A stretch of 64,000 nucleotides of DNA, from positions 16,108,275 to 16,172,274 of the forward strand of contig NC_134032.1 in the NCBI RefSeq assembly GCF_964204645.1. Direction: 5' to 3'. The notes under the pieces were generated by a model. It searched no databases, was not told the DNA's origin, and worked only from the letters and a program-made list of their open reading frames with translations. Positions 33,601 through 47,300 of the stretch are shown in pieces. Source of the stretch: Tubulanus polymorphus. Lineage: Eukaryota > Animalia > Nemertea. A program made the position numbers and the translations under genes. Each line of letters begins with the position of its first letter. Position 1 is the first letter of the stretch.

Positions 33601-36600
33601 AGTAATTACTAAGATATCAACATTTTACCGTACGGTGCTGCCGCTATGCTCATTGTTAGCGGGATTTTCATACACTAACGTAAGTCTACTCTGGCAAGCT
33701 AGAGTTACGGAGAATAAGTGGACAGCACGTCGATTGCCAGAGTTGACTTTAGTTAGTGTACGAAAATTCCGCTAACGATGAGCATAGCGGCAGCACCTTA
33801 CGGTCGTGACACCCCCTGCACATCCTCAATTCAGCATCAGGACCACTCTGAATCAGTATCAGTAATTACTGGGCTCGAACCCGCGACACCCCTGTACATC
33901 CTCTATTCAGCATCAGGACCACTCTGAATCAGTGTCAGTAATTACTAAGATATCAACATTTTACCGTACGGTGCTGCCGCTATGCTCATTGTTAGCGGGA
34001 TTTTCATACACTAACGTAAGTCTACTCTGGCAAGCTAGAGTTACGGAGAATAAGTGGACAGCACGTCGATTGCCAGAGTTGACTTTAGTTAGTGTACGAA
34101 AATTCCGCTAACGATGAGCATAGCGGCAGCACCGTACGGTCGTGACACCCCTGCACATCCTCTATTCAGCATCAGGACCACTCTGAATCAGTATCAGTAA
34201 TTACTGGGCTCGAACCCGCGACACCCCTGTACATCCTCAATTTAGCATCAGGACCACTCTGAATCAGTATCAGTAATTACTGGGCTCGAACCCGCGACAC
34301 CCCTGTACATCCTCAATTTAGCATCAGGACCACTCTGAATCAGTATCAGAAGTTACTAAGATAACAACATTTTACCGTAAGGTGCTGCCGCTATGCTCAT
34401 TGTTAGCGGGATTTTCATACACTAACGTAAGTCTACTCTGGCAAGCTAGGGTTACGGAGTATAACTGGACAGCACGTCGATTGCCAGAGTTGACTTTAGT
34501 TAGTGTACGAAAATTCCGCTAACGATGAGCATAGCGGCAGCACCGTACGGTCGTGACACCCCCTGTACATCCTCTTATCAGCATCAGGACCACTCTGAAT
34601 CAGTATCAGTAATTACTGGATTCGAACCCGGGACACCCCTGTACATCCTCTATTCAGCATCAGGACCACTCTGTATCAGTATCAGTAATTACTTCGTTCG
34701 AACCTGGGACACCCCTGTACATCCTCTATTCAGCATCAGGACCACTCTGAATCAGTATCAGTAATTACTGGATTCGAACCCGGGACACCCTGTACATCCT
34801 CTATTCAGCATCAGGACCACTCTGTATCAGTATCAGTAATTACTTCGTTCGAACCCGGGACACCCCTGCACATCCTCTATTCAGCATCAGGACCACTCTG
34901 TATCAGTATCAGTAATTACTTGGCTCGAACCCGCGACACCCCTGTACATCATCTATTCAGCATCAGGACCACTCAGAATCAGTAGCAGTAATTACTGGGC
35001 TCGAACCCGGAACACCCCTGCACATCCTATATTCAGCATCAGGACCACTCTGAATCAGCATCAGTAATTACTGGGCTCGAACCCGGAACACCCCCTGTAC
35101 ATCCTCTTATCAGCATCAGGACCACTCTGAATCAGTATCAGTAATTACTGGATTCGAACCCGGGACACCCCTGTACATCCTCTATTCAGCATCAGGACCA
35201 CTCTGTATCAGTATCAGTAATTACTTCGTTCGAACCTGGGACACCCCTGTACATCCTCTATTCAGCATCAGGACCACTCTGAATCAGTATCAGTAATTAC
35301 TGGATTCGAACCCGGGACACCCTGTACATCCTCTATTCAGCATCAGGACCACTCTGTATCAGTATCAGTAATTACTTCGTTCGAACCCGGGACACCCCTG
35401 CACATCCTCTATTCAGCATCAGGACCACTCTGTATCAGTATCAGTAATTACTTCGTTTGAACCCGGGACACCCCTGTACATCCTCTATTCAGCATCAAGA
35501 CCACTCTGATTCGGTGCCAGTAATTACATCCTCTATTCAGCATCAGTACCACTACGAATCAGTGTCAGTAATTACTGGGGTCGAACCCGGGATATCGGCT
35601 AAGTTTAATATAATGCTTTGATCGCCATCTATTGGATTTTGGATGGACTCACTAGATTGCTCTTATTTGTCTCACTGACTCTTCTTTAATTCGTTAAAAT
35701 CACACTCCCCATCTGGTGGATTTCTAGGCTACTACAGTCTAATGATAGTTATTTCCACCAGATGGCGAGTGTGATTTTAACAGATTAAAGAAGAGTCAGT
35801 GAGACAAGTAAGAGCTATCGAGACAGTTCAGCCAAATTCCAATAGATGGCGATCTCGTTGGAAATCTCGATATCCACTCCACGTCGGGCATCAAAGTACA
35901 TCCTCTATTCAGCATCAGGACCACTCTGAATCAGTATCAGTAATTACTGGGCTCGAACCCGCGACACCCCTGTACATCATCTATTTAGCATCAGGACCAC
36001 TCTGAATCAGTATCAGTAATTACTGGGCTCGAACCCGCGACACCCCTGTACATCATCTATTCAGCATCAGGACCACTCAGAATCAGTAGCAGTAATTACT
36101 GGGCTCGAACCCGGAACACCCCTGCACATCCTATATTCAGCATCAGGACCACTCTGAATCAGTAACAGTAATTACTGGGCTCGAACCCGGAACACCCCTG
36201 CACATCCTCTATTCAGCATCAGGACCACTCTGAATCAGCATCAGTAATTACTGGGCTCGAACCCGGAACACCCCTGTACATTATCTATTCAGCATCAGGA
36301 CCACTCTGAATCAGTATCAGTAATTACTGGGCTCGAACCCGCGACACCCCTGTACATCCTCTATTCAGCATCAGGACCACTCTGAATCAGTGTCAGTAAT
36401 TACTAAGATATCAACATTTTACCGTACGGTGCTGCCGCTATGCTCATTGTTAGCGGGATTTTCATACACTAACGTAAGTCTACTCTGGCAAGCTAGAGTT
36501 ACGGAGAATAAGTGGACAGCACGTCGATTGCCAGAGTTGACTTTAGTTAGTGTACGAAAATTCCGCTAACGATGAGCATAGCGGCAGCACCGTACGGTCG

Positions 36601-39600
36601 TGACACCCCCTGCACATCCTCAATTCAGCATCAGGACCACTCTGAATCAGTATCAGTAATTACTGGGCTCGAACCCGCGACACCCCTGTACATCCTCTAT
36701 TCAGCATCAGGACCACTCTGAATCAGTGTCAGTAATTACTAAGATATCAACATTTTACCGTACGGTGCTGCCGCTATGCTCATTGTTAGCGGGATTTTCA
36801 TACACTAACGTAAGTCTACTCTGGCAAGCTAGAGTTACGGAGAATAAGTGGACAGCACGTCGATTGCCAGAGTTGACTTTAGTTAGTGTACGAAAATTCC
36901 GCTAACGATGAGCATAGCGGCAGCACCGTACGGTCGTGACACCCCCTGCACATCCTCAATTCAGCATCAGGACCACTCTGAATCAGTATCAGTAATTACT
37001 GGGCTCGAACCCGCGACACCCCTGTACATCCTCTATTCAGCATCAGGACCACTCTGAATCAGCATCAGTAATTACTGGGCTCGAACCCGGAACACCCCTG
37101 TACATCCTCTATTTAGCATCAGGACCACTCTGAATCAGTATCAGTAATTACTGGGCTCGAACCCGCGACACCCCTGTACATCCTCTATTCAGCATCAGGA
37201 CCACTCTGAATCAGTGTCAGTAATTACTAAGATATCAACATTTTACCGTACGGTGCTGCCGCTATGCTCTTTGTTAGCGGGATTTTCATACACTAACGTA
37301 AGTCTACTCTGGCAAGCTAGAGTTACGGAGAATAAGTGGACAGCACGTCGATTGCCAGAGTTGACTTTAGTTAGTGTACGAAAATTCCGCTAACGATGAG
37401 CATAGCGGCAGCACCGTACGGTCGTGACACCCCCTGCACATCCTCAATTCAGCATCAGGACCACTCTTAATCAGCATCAGTAATTACTGGGCTCGAACCC
37501 GGAACACCCCTGTACATCCTCTATTCATCATCAGGACCACTCTGAATCAGCATCAGTAATTACTGGGCTCGAACCCGGAACACCCCTGTACATCCTCTAT
37601 TTAGCATCAGGACCACTCTGAATCAGTATCAGTAATTACTGGGCTCGAACCCGCGACACCCCTGTACATCATCTATTCAGCATCAGGACCACTCTGAATC
37701 AGTATCAGTAATTACTGGGCTCGAACCCGCGACACCCCTGTACATCATCTATTCAGCATCAGGACCACTCAGAATCAGTAACAGTAATTACTGGGCTCGA
37801 ACCCGGAACACCCCTGTACATTCTCTATTCAGCATCAGGTCCCCTCTGAATCAGCATCAGTAATTACTGGGCTCGAACCCGGAACACCCCTGTACATCAT
37901 CTATTCAGCATCAGGACCACTCTGAATCAGTATCAGTAATTACTGGGCTCGAACCCGCGACACCCCTGTACATCATCTATTCAGCATCAGGACCACTCAG
38001 AATTAGTAACAGTAATTACTGGGCTCGAACCCGGAACACCCCTGTACATCCTCTATTCAGCATCAGGACCACTCTGAATCAGTAACAGTAATTACTGGGC
38101 TCGAACCCGGAACACCCCTGCACATCCTCTATTCAGCATCAGGACCACTCTGAATCAGTAACAGTAATTACTGGGCTCGAACCCGGAACACCCCTGCACA
38201 TCCTCTATTCAGCATCAGGACCACTCTGAATCAGCATCAGTAATTACTGGTCTCGAACCCGGAACACCCCTGTACATCCTCTATTCAGCATCAGGACCAC
38301 TCTGAAACAGCATCAGTAATTACTGGGCTCGAACCCGCAACACCCCTGTACATCATCTATTTAGCATCAGGACCACTCTGAATCAGTATCAGTAATTACT
38401 GGGCTCGAACCCGCGACACCCCCTGTACATCATCTATTTAGCATCAGGACCACTCTGAATCAGTATCAGTAATTACTGGGCTCGAACCCGCGACACCCCT
38501 GTACATCCTCTATTCAGCATCAGGACCACTCTGAATCAGTGTCAGTAATTACTAAGATATCAACATTTAACCGTACGGTGCTGCCGCTATGCTCATTGTT
38601 AGCGGGATTTTCATACACTAACGTAAGTCTACTCTGGCAAGCTAGGGTTACCGAGTATAAGTGGACAGCACGTCAATTGCCAGAGTTGACTTTAGTTAGT
38701 GTATGAAAATTCCGCTAACGATGAGCATAGCGGCAGCACCGTACGGTCGTGACACCCCCTGTACATCCTCTTATCAGCGTCAGGACCACTCTGAATCAGT
38801 ATCAGTAATTACTGGATTCGAACCCGGGACACCCCTGTACATCCTCTATTCAGCATCAGGACCACTCTGTATCAGTATCAGTAATTACTTCGTTTGAACC
38901 CGGGACACCCCTGTACATCCTCTATTCAGCATCAAGACCACTCTGATTCGGTGCCAGTAATTACATCCTCTATTCAGCATCAGTACCACTTCGAATCAGT
39001 GTCAGTAATTACTGGGGTCGAACCCGGGATATCGGCTAAGTTTAATATAATGCTTTGATCGCCATCTATTGGATTTTGGATGGACTCACTAGATTGCTCT
39101 TATTTGTCTCACTGACTCTTCTTTAATTCGTTAAAATCACACTCCCCATCTGGCGGATTTCTAGGCTACTACAGTCTAATGATAGTTATTTCCACCAGAT
39201 GGCGAGTGTGATTTTAACAGATTAAAGAAGAGTCAGTGAGACAAGTAAGAGCTATCGAGACAGTTCAGCCAAATTCCAATAGATGGCGATCTCGTTGGAA
39301 ATCTCGATATCCACTCCACGTCGGGCATCAAAGTACATCCTCTATTCAGCATCAGGACCACACTGAATCAGTATCAGTAATTACTGGGCTCGAACCCGCG
39401 ACACCCCTGTACATCCTCTCTTAAGCATCAGGACCACTCTGAATCAGTAACAGTAATTACTGGGCTCGAACCCGGAACACCCTTGTACATCCTCTATTCA
39501 GCATCAGGACCACTCTGAATCAGTATCAGTAATTACTGGGCTCGAACCCGGAACACCCCTGCACATCTTCTATTCAGCATCAGGACCACTCTGAATCAGC

Positions 39601-40220
39601 ATCAGTAATTACTGGGCTCGAACCCGGAACACCCCTGTACATCATCTATTCAGTATCAGGACCACTCAGAATCAGTAACAGTAATTACTGGGCTCGAACC
39701 CGGAACACCCCTGTACATCCTCTATTCAGCATCAGGACCACTCTGAAACAGCATCAGTAATTACTGGGCTCGAACCCGCGACACCCCCTGTACGTCATCT
39801 ATTTAGCATCAGGACCACTCTGAATCAGTATCAGTAATTACTGGGCTCGAACCCGCGACACCCCTGTACATCCTTTATTCAGCATCAGGACCACTCTGAA
39901 TCAGTGTCAGTAATTACTAAGATATCAACATTTTACCGTACGGTGCTGCCGCTATGCTCATTGTTAGCGGGATTTTCATACACTAACGTAAGTCTACTCT
40001 GGCAAGCTAGGGTTACCGAGTATAAGTGGACAGCACGTCGATTGCCAGAGTTGACTTTAGTTAGTGTACGAAAATTCCGCTAACGATGAGCATAGCGGCA
40101 GCACCGTACGGTCTTGACACACCCTGTACATCCGCTAACCAGCATCATAACCACTCAGAAACAGTACCAATGGACTGGGTTCGAACCCGGTATATCCTCT
40201 ATTCAGCATCAGGACCACTT
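30672..40220. repeat. 9.5-kb composite satellite: 76-bp monomer with 12 embedded ~195-bp MITE copies and 3 embedded ~300-bp palindromic elements; ~3.4-3.6 kb higher-order repeat
   Basis: Monomer TCAGCATCAGGACCACTCTGAATCAGTATCAGTAATTACTGGGCTCGAACCCGCGACACCCCTGTACATCCTCTAT. MITE-A starts at ~30936, 31272, 32787, 33123, 33611, 33947, 34358, 36405, 36741, 37229, 38554, 39919. MITE-B starts at ~31975, 35593, 39030. Confidence 0.95.
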
Positions 40221-40640
40221 ATTAGTGTCAGTTTTATTGTTTATGGCTGGTGACTGGTATTGGATCTAAAACAGGGGACGGCTTTAAGAGTTAAGACCAA
40301 CTTAATAGTTTTACAGTCAATCTAATAACTGACTTTGAAAAGGTCCAAGCTAAGAGGGGAGGCAGGATCCAGGCTGAGAGGGGAGGCAGGATCCAGGATG
40401 AGAGGGGGTCGATGGATCCAGGCTGCAGATTGCTCCTGCATTGAAGTGTATACTTGGTACTTATCAGTCTTGAATAGACGGAGCTACGACAACCAACAGG
40501 CGGAAAATATAAAAGCATAGATTTTATTGAACAAGATGCAATCAGCAAACCAGTATTCGACTAAAAACTGGTTTAAAGAAAACTAACAAAAAATAAAAAA
40601 CCCGCAATTTGGTTGGCATATATTATTCAATTTACTGTTC

Positions 40641-40810
40641 GATCAACACAACAAAATACAACACAAAAAATCAACAAAATACAACACAAAAAATCAACAA
40701 AATACAACACAAAAAATCAACAAAATACAAAGATATTTCGATCAACACAAGCTCAACACAACAAAATCAACAAAATACAACACAAAAAATCAACAAAATA
40801 CAAAGATATT
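40641..40810. repeat. AC-rich ~23-bp low-complexity repeat
   Basis: CAACAAAATACAACACAAAAAAT repeated. Confidence 0.75.
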
Positions 40811-42937
40811 TTTTTCGATACTAACTTAGTATACTTAAGCGTTACACCACACAAAACAGTTTTGATACTAGACTCCACCCAACATCCGACCCTCTTAATA
40901 ACAACTACAGACTTAACAAATTCTACTACATAAAACTTTAATAAATTTTCAACTTTAACTTACATCATTTAAAACAGTATTTGATACTAGACTCCGCCCA
41001 AACATCCGACCCTCTTACAACTTATAAAACGTTATATTAAACAAAGATATTTTCAACTAACTTTAATTACTTTGATTATTACAAATTGTTTTGATACTAT
41101 GATATATTATTCTATATTATGATTCACATTAAATACTACTTAAAAAATAGTGTAGCTACAACAATGTCTTTGATTCAGGAAATACCACAAATCTGATATG
41201 AGAAATTTAAGACCAAGAAATGACCTTGTTAATTTTATCATCAATTACTCTCAATTATAAACAAAGTCATCAATCGAGCATTCTATGATATCAATCATTT
41301 ATTTTTGAAGTTGATGGATTTTGTGTTTTTTTGTGTGAGTTTGTGTTTGATTTTATTTGGTTGAGTGTTTTTACTCGTTAATTGAGTCCATAGAATGCTT
41401 ATAACCGATGACGTTTGAAATGATCAAGTCACTGTTTACCGTACGTCCTCCTCAGTCGCCAGAGACTGCTCTTCCAATTCACCAGAAAGCGGTATTTCAT
41501 GAAAAACACTTAACACTTACAATCAATATCAACATAATAATCATTCTCTAACAATATAAGATAATAATGGAGTGATTTTATTAATCCTCTCAGCAATTTC
41601 AATAAATGCGCAAATTAAAAATTACATAGAAAAATATTGTAGCTACAATCGTCAATTTCTGCAAACCCATAAATTACCGAAAATAACAAAATACCTGACT
41701 ATGAAAATAGTATTAGAGGAAACTCGATTATATTGGATAAAGTTATCATCGAGTAAAACTTGATGAAACTTGATTCGCGAAGTACCCAGCATTCTATCCT
41801 ATCAACTGTTTATATATGTGTCATTTTTTTCTATTTTAAGTAGTTGTTTTTATTTAACCCTTTGTATTTTTAGTGGTTTTTGTTTTGTGCGTATTTTTGT
41901 TTTTGAATGTTTTGTTTATGTGTAGTTGAGCTGATAGAATGCTGAAATAACATCGCGGTAAAAGGTTCCTCGACCGACCGGAGGCTCGTACCCTGCAGAC
42001 GACACATCCTCAGTCAATAACAAACTGCTCCTCTATATTTTCCGCAGGATTTTGATTAAATCGGTATTTTATGAGTCGACGAAAAAGACTTTGATACAAA
42101 CATAACTCTATTAAAATTTGCCATGAACGTAAAGCCTAGATACGTCCATGACAAAAACATTGACTCAAAAACCTAAGAGTCTATGGTGTAACACTAAGCC
42201 GGAGACACAAGCGAAGAGTTGAAATATGACTGTTTTCAACTCAGGACTGCCGTGTTCATCCAGCTAAAATCCTCCGAAAGGTTAAGTTCACTCTGGAAAG
42301 CGTAAGGTTCGAAACCTCCGCACTAAAACCAGACATAACCTCGAAGGCAGTAAGGTTAACAATAAAACTTATTTTTTTATCTACATTATTATTATTATTA
42401 CTATTATCATTTTAATATGATTTAAATTCAATTTTTTCATAATTAATACATAATTTTTTTTCATAATTAATACATTTTTTTTTCTTTCTATTCATAATTA
42501 ATACAAGATTTTAGACTTCTATTAACCATCATTCATAAAACGATGAATATTCACATTAAGTGAATGAGAGTGGGGCTATTTTAAAGGAAACTTGATCTTT
42601 CATTCGTTTATTATGCACATCCTATCGTGCTGCCAACACCCGGTTTGTTAGTTAAGAAAAATGAAGTAAAAAGAGGAGAATTGTTGAGGAGAATAAGAAA
42701 GTCAGAGAATGTATTGAATAAACTATCAAAAGATCAAGTAATAAATTAAGTAAAGAGATCGGGCTGTTTTTTTGGAGGCGATGTTTTATGAATGAATGAA
42801 AAAAACCTATTTTTGATTTCACGAGAAAACGATACCAGATGATGTAAATAGGACTCATTCATAACACACAGATTCACACACAGATTCACACACAGATTCA
42901 CACAAGACCAACAAATACACATCAGAATCGCACCTAC

Positions 42938-44170
42938 CTTACACCACCTCCATTTACATCATACTGCATCATTTTCGTCGTGAATTTCGGGCCCCTTTAA
43001 AAAATGTGCACTACACTAAAGGATTGTCCGCCGGTCGCTGCTGCTGCTGCTGCTGCTGCTGCTCAGTCGCTGCTCCTTGAATCATTGTTAATAAACTCGC
43101 TGCTCCTTCGGTTGTTGCTCCTCAGATCATTGTTTGTAAACTCGCTGCTCCTTCGGTTGTTGCTCCTCAGATCATTGTTTGTAAACTCGCTGCTCCTTCG
43201 GTTGTTGCTCCTCGGATCATTGTTTGTAAACTCGCTGCTCCTTCGGTTGTTGCTCCTCGAATCATTGTTTGTAAACTCGCTGCTCCTTCGCTTGTAAACT
43301 CCAGCGTCTCTGCTGTAACTCGGTCGTAGTAAACTCTCAACGTAGTGAACTCTGGAAAATTACAATTCATACAAATCAATGAAGTTTTTGTAAAAGTAAC
43401 GTACAACTTGATGGGAAGTTACTGTTTGGTTGAAATCTAAAATGAATTTTGAAATCTAACTCACCACATAATCACAAAAAACTGTTGTCTTGACTTGAAA
43501 ACTCTAAAACTGTTTCTGCTGCTCCTAAACCATATTCTGCCATCTACTGCTCGTCATCTGTTGCTGGTAAACTCATCTTCAACTCTTTGCTCTCATTTTC
43601 TGGATCTACCTGGCCACAAAAACAATTTATAAGAACGATTCAACGAAAAAAATGTTCCCTAGGACTCGACTTGATGAGATGTGAAAAGGCAATGATTTTA
43701 ATTTTGAAAGCTAACTCACCATACGACAAGTAACTTAATTATTGTCTTCCCTTATCAATTACCGCTGCATAATCGCCTCTGTTGCTACTAAACCAAATTC
43801 TGCAACTCCTGCCCATAATCTGTCTCCGGTAAACTCACTGCTGCTGATGCTGCTCGTATGAGTTGCTCGTAAACTCTTGTTGCTCCTGTCCGATTATTGT
43901 ATGTTAACTTTGTCGCCTCTTGCTGAAGTTCTACTGGTATCATCATCTCTATCAGCTGTAGAACTATGTAAATATATACAGATATATGAAATCATACAGA
44001 TATCTGAGTACAACAAATATCTAAACTCACCTTATATCACAACAAACTGTCGTCTTGCCTTGAAAACTTTCTAAACCAAATACTGCCATCTGCTCATCGT
44101 GCTGTCATTGGTCCTAAACTCATCTTCAACTCTGTTCATATTTCTCTGCACACATTTCAGGATCTTCTGC
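42938..44170 (-). ncRNA. Candidate spliced non-coding transcript (or decayed gene) with paralogous exons
   Basis: Minus-strand exon-like blocks ~44170-44031, 43955-43720, 43609-43465, 43351-42938 with GTGAGT/GTAGGT donors and CAG acceptors. Introns are 75, 110 and 113 nt. No shared open frame across the blocks. Confidence 0.4.
43080..43290. repeat. 45-bp tandem repeat, ~4.7 copies, next to a (GCT)n tract
   Basis: ATCATTGTTTGTAAACTCGCTGCTCCTTCGGTTGTTGCTCCTCAG. Confidence 0.9.
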
Positions 44171-44239
44171 GGTCATCACAGGTACCATTCGGTCACCGAT
44201 TATTCCCCCCCCCCCCCCCATCTTACAGGATAGAGGTCC

Positions 44240-44335
44240 CTGATTGGTTAACTATTGGGTCAACTGGTCATCAGACATTGTCCGCTAACGGGATAAAAGT
44301 TGATGATTGGTAAACATTGGGTCAATTGGTCATCA
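44240..44335 (-). promoter_or_regulatory. Duplicated CCAAT-box cluster (candidate promoter)
   Basis: Two copies of TGATTGG..ATTGGGTCAAYTGGTCATCA, giving five ATTGG/CCAAT boxes immediately upstream of the minus-strand exon-like series. Confidence 0.35.
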
Positions 44336-47300
44336 TCTGTTCGAGTATCTTATAAATTAACATGTTAAAGGTTAAAATCCCTCTTTGTCAATAAACCCCC
44401 GATTGATTAGTATTAGTAGCGTTAGTTAATCACTATTTAACACAGTGATCATTAACGTAGATTTCTCTGATACAAGATCAGTTAACGTTGATTTGACACA
44501 TAGAGTCCACAGAGTCTTTAAAAAGACAGATCTGCGAGCCTACATGACATCATTGTTTGAAGAGTTTTCATGCAAAAAAAGATAGAGATTTTCGTCTATT
44601 TCTAGACAATTTTCATTGATTAGCAGGATTTATCGGGTTTGTTAAGAGTTGGGAGCTAATAGCGAGACTGGTAACGCCACCTATTGCTCAGGCACTACGG
44701 TCTCTGCGCTCTGATAGGAATGAACAGCATTTAAAGAGTATGAATACAAATACACTGATGGTGTATATGGAGGAAAAGATTATTCGTTATTTGCATCATA
44801 TTTACAATAAATATCTAGACCTATTACAATAAATCTAACCCTAGTGCTCTTGATTGTCTCCGCGACTTTACCTGTTGCCCCAGGAGAGATGATTAGATGA
44901 GGGATATTTGGGGTTTGTTAAGAGTTGGGAGCTATAGCGAGGCTGGTAGCGCCACCTATTTCTCAGGCACTATCGTCTTTGCAACTTACCAGAAGCTCTG
45001 ATTTACATAATTGAATTTGCACGATTAAGTGATTTCAAGGGAATTTTTTACAGTTGGGAGCAATAGGAAGGCTGGTAGCGCCACCTATTATCGCTCAGGC
45101 ACCATCGTCTCCGCCCACCTACCCGAAACTCTGATCAAGGTTTAATGTATTTTTAGGGGAGTTTTTGAGATCTAAGAGCTATATGGAGGCTGGTAGCGCC
45201 ACCTATTGCTCAAACACCATCTCCGCTCACCTACCTGAAGCTCTGATTATATTTCATACAGTTTAAGTAATTCAGGGGAGTTAAAAATGTGGCTGGTAGT
45301 GCCACCTATTGCTCAGGAATAGTACTCTCTGCCTCTGATAAATTAAACAGTCATGCATGACTATTACAATAAGTGACTAATGTCTCATCGATGTCACCAA
45401 AGACTTTAATATGACAGAAAACTTTTACTGAATTTTTAAACCAATTGACTAAATGTCAGTAAATCATAAGAAAATATGAACTTGTCATAAAATGAGATGC
45501 CGGATTAAATGAGATCATGAAATGACTCGTTTCAGATTGAGATTTCATTAACAAAGATAGAGATTTCAGTAAGAAAATATTTGAAATATTGCAAATAGTA
45601 TTTGCAATTGATATTCTAGTAACAAAGATTCACTGACTACAATCAATATCTCAATATTATATTAAAAAACCGATAGAAGTGACACAGAAATTAGCAACAA
45701 ACATTTAGAAATTCACATCTGAAGTTTCTCTCAAAGTTCATTATCACGGAAAATATCATCAGCTTTGAAATTTATGATATACTACAGTGATTTTCCGCCA
45801 AAATGGAAAACACGATTTAAAGTTTTTCCATCAAAAAGAAAAACGATTTTATTCCGTTCCGTCAAAAGGAAAGATACAATTTAAGTCTTTCCATCAAAAA
45901 TGAAAACATTTTTTCCCGTCAAAAGGAAAAACGCTATCTTAAGTTTCTGTATCTTGAGTTGCACATGAAATTGCCAACAACCAGTATTCAAGCTTGTTTC
46001 TTTTCAAATTTCATCATTGTCTGGTTTTAAGAATTTTCAAATTTAAAAGCAGCACCAAACAAACATTTATAGAAATTGCCAATAAAATTGAGAAATACTT
46101 GTCAGATATAAACAGATGACATCACGACGTCAATATCATCTTGAGAAAAAATAATTCATCTTCATTTTTAAAGATTACTACATGTCATTTGCTATGGCTG
46201 ATTACAATGATTATGCAAATGAGAGTGGAGAAAGTGCCACAAATGAATCGGGACTTTCATCTAATACGAGGACGCTGAAAATAGAAACATGTGTTAAATT
46301 GAATGAGGCAAACCATTATGTATAAGACATGAATGAGTTCGCGGTGGTCCTTTTTGACCGGTTAAACTGACGTTTAGAAATAAAGAATGGAGAAATTTTG
46401 ACTTGTAAATTTGTACTCGGAGAAGTCCCAAAACGACACCTCACCACTCATTATTTCTCACTCTAAACCGGTGTCAGTAATAAAACTATACACAACATAA
46501 AATTAATTATATCGATGAATTTTAAAATATACCTCAAAATTGTAACTATATTTAGAAATAGTGCCACTGAATGTATTTAAGGACTTCAGTCTAATACGAG
46601 TACAAACAAACAAATAAACAAATGAACAGAATATGTTTAATATCTGAACAAAGTAAAATTGAATAAAAGCAAACCATTTATGCAAAACAAAGTTACTACA
46701 TAAATGAGTTCACACAAGTGGTCATTAAATCAGACCTGATTGAAACTGATAAATCATTAGAATTGTACTCGGAGAAGTCCTGCATTTATTTCCAAAACGG
46801 CACTTCAGTTTTCTAATTGATTCCTAATCTTTCTATAGACACCGGTATCATTGATAAACTTATATTAGGCTAAATTTATATTAGGCTAAATTTGAAGTAA
46901 AGTTTCAAAGCGTCAAAGCTTTTACTCGCAATCACTTTTATTTTCAGTAATTTCTATTTTTGATTGTTTGGTGCAAATTTATCAATTGGAATATTTGAAA
47001 TGACACCAGACGTTTTGGATAAAACCTGAATGTTGCGCAAACACCAAGAATAAACTACTGCATTTCTATTAATGCCAATTATCATTAGACATAAATATAA
47101 ATGTACTTTTCTATTGTAAATCAAACTGAATTGATTTACGATATTTCATTTCAAAAACAATCAGTTTATTTACAAGAAGTCTGTTTGATTCTTCAATCAA
47201 CAAACAGTATTCTATTATTAGACATCGAAATAAGAATAACTGAAATAAAGTGAAAAAATTTGATTGATTTTGAATCCCTTTCAAAGTTGAGATTTCATTT

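Noticed and set aside
30672-40220. CRISPR-like repeat/spacer array and the recurring 60-80 aa ORFs
   Set aside because: The inserts are repeated palindromic MITEs rather than unique spacers; the ORFs are repeat translations.
44441-44480. RAG-type recombination signal (CACAGTG...ACAAGATCA) in each macro-repeat unit
   Set aside because: The spacer is 24 nt, the nonamer match is poor, and there is no partner signal or RAG/Transib ORF.
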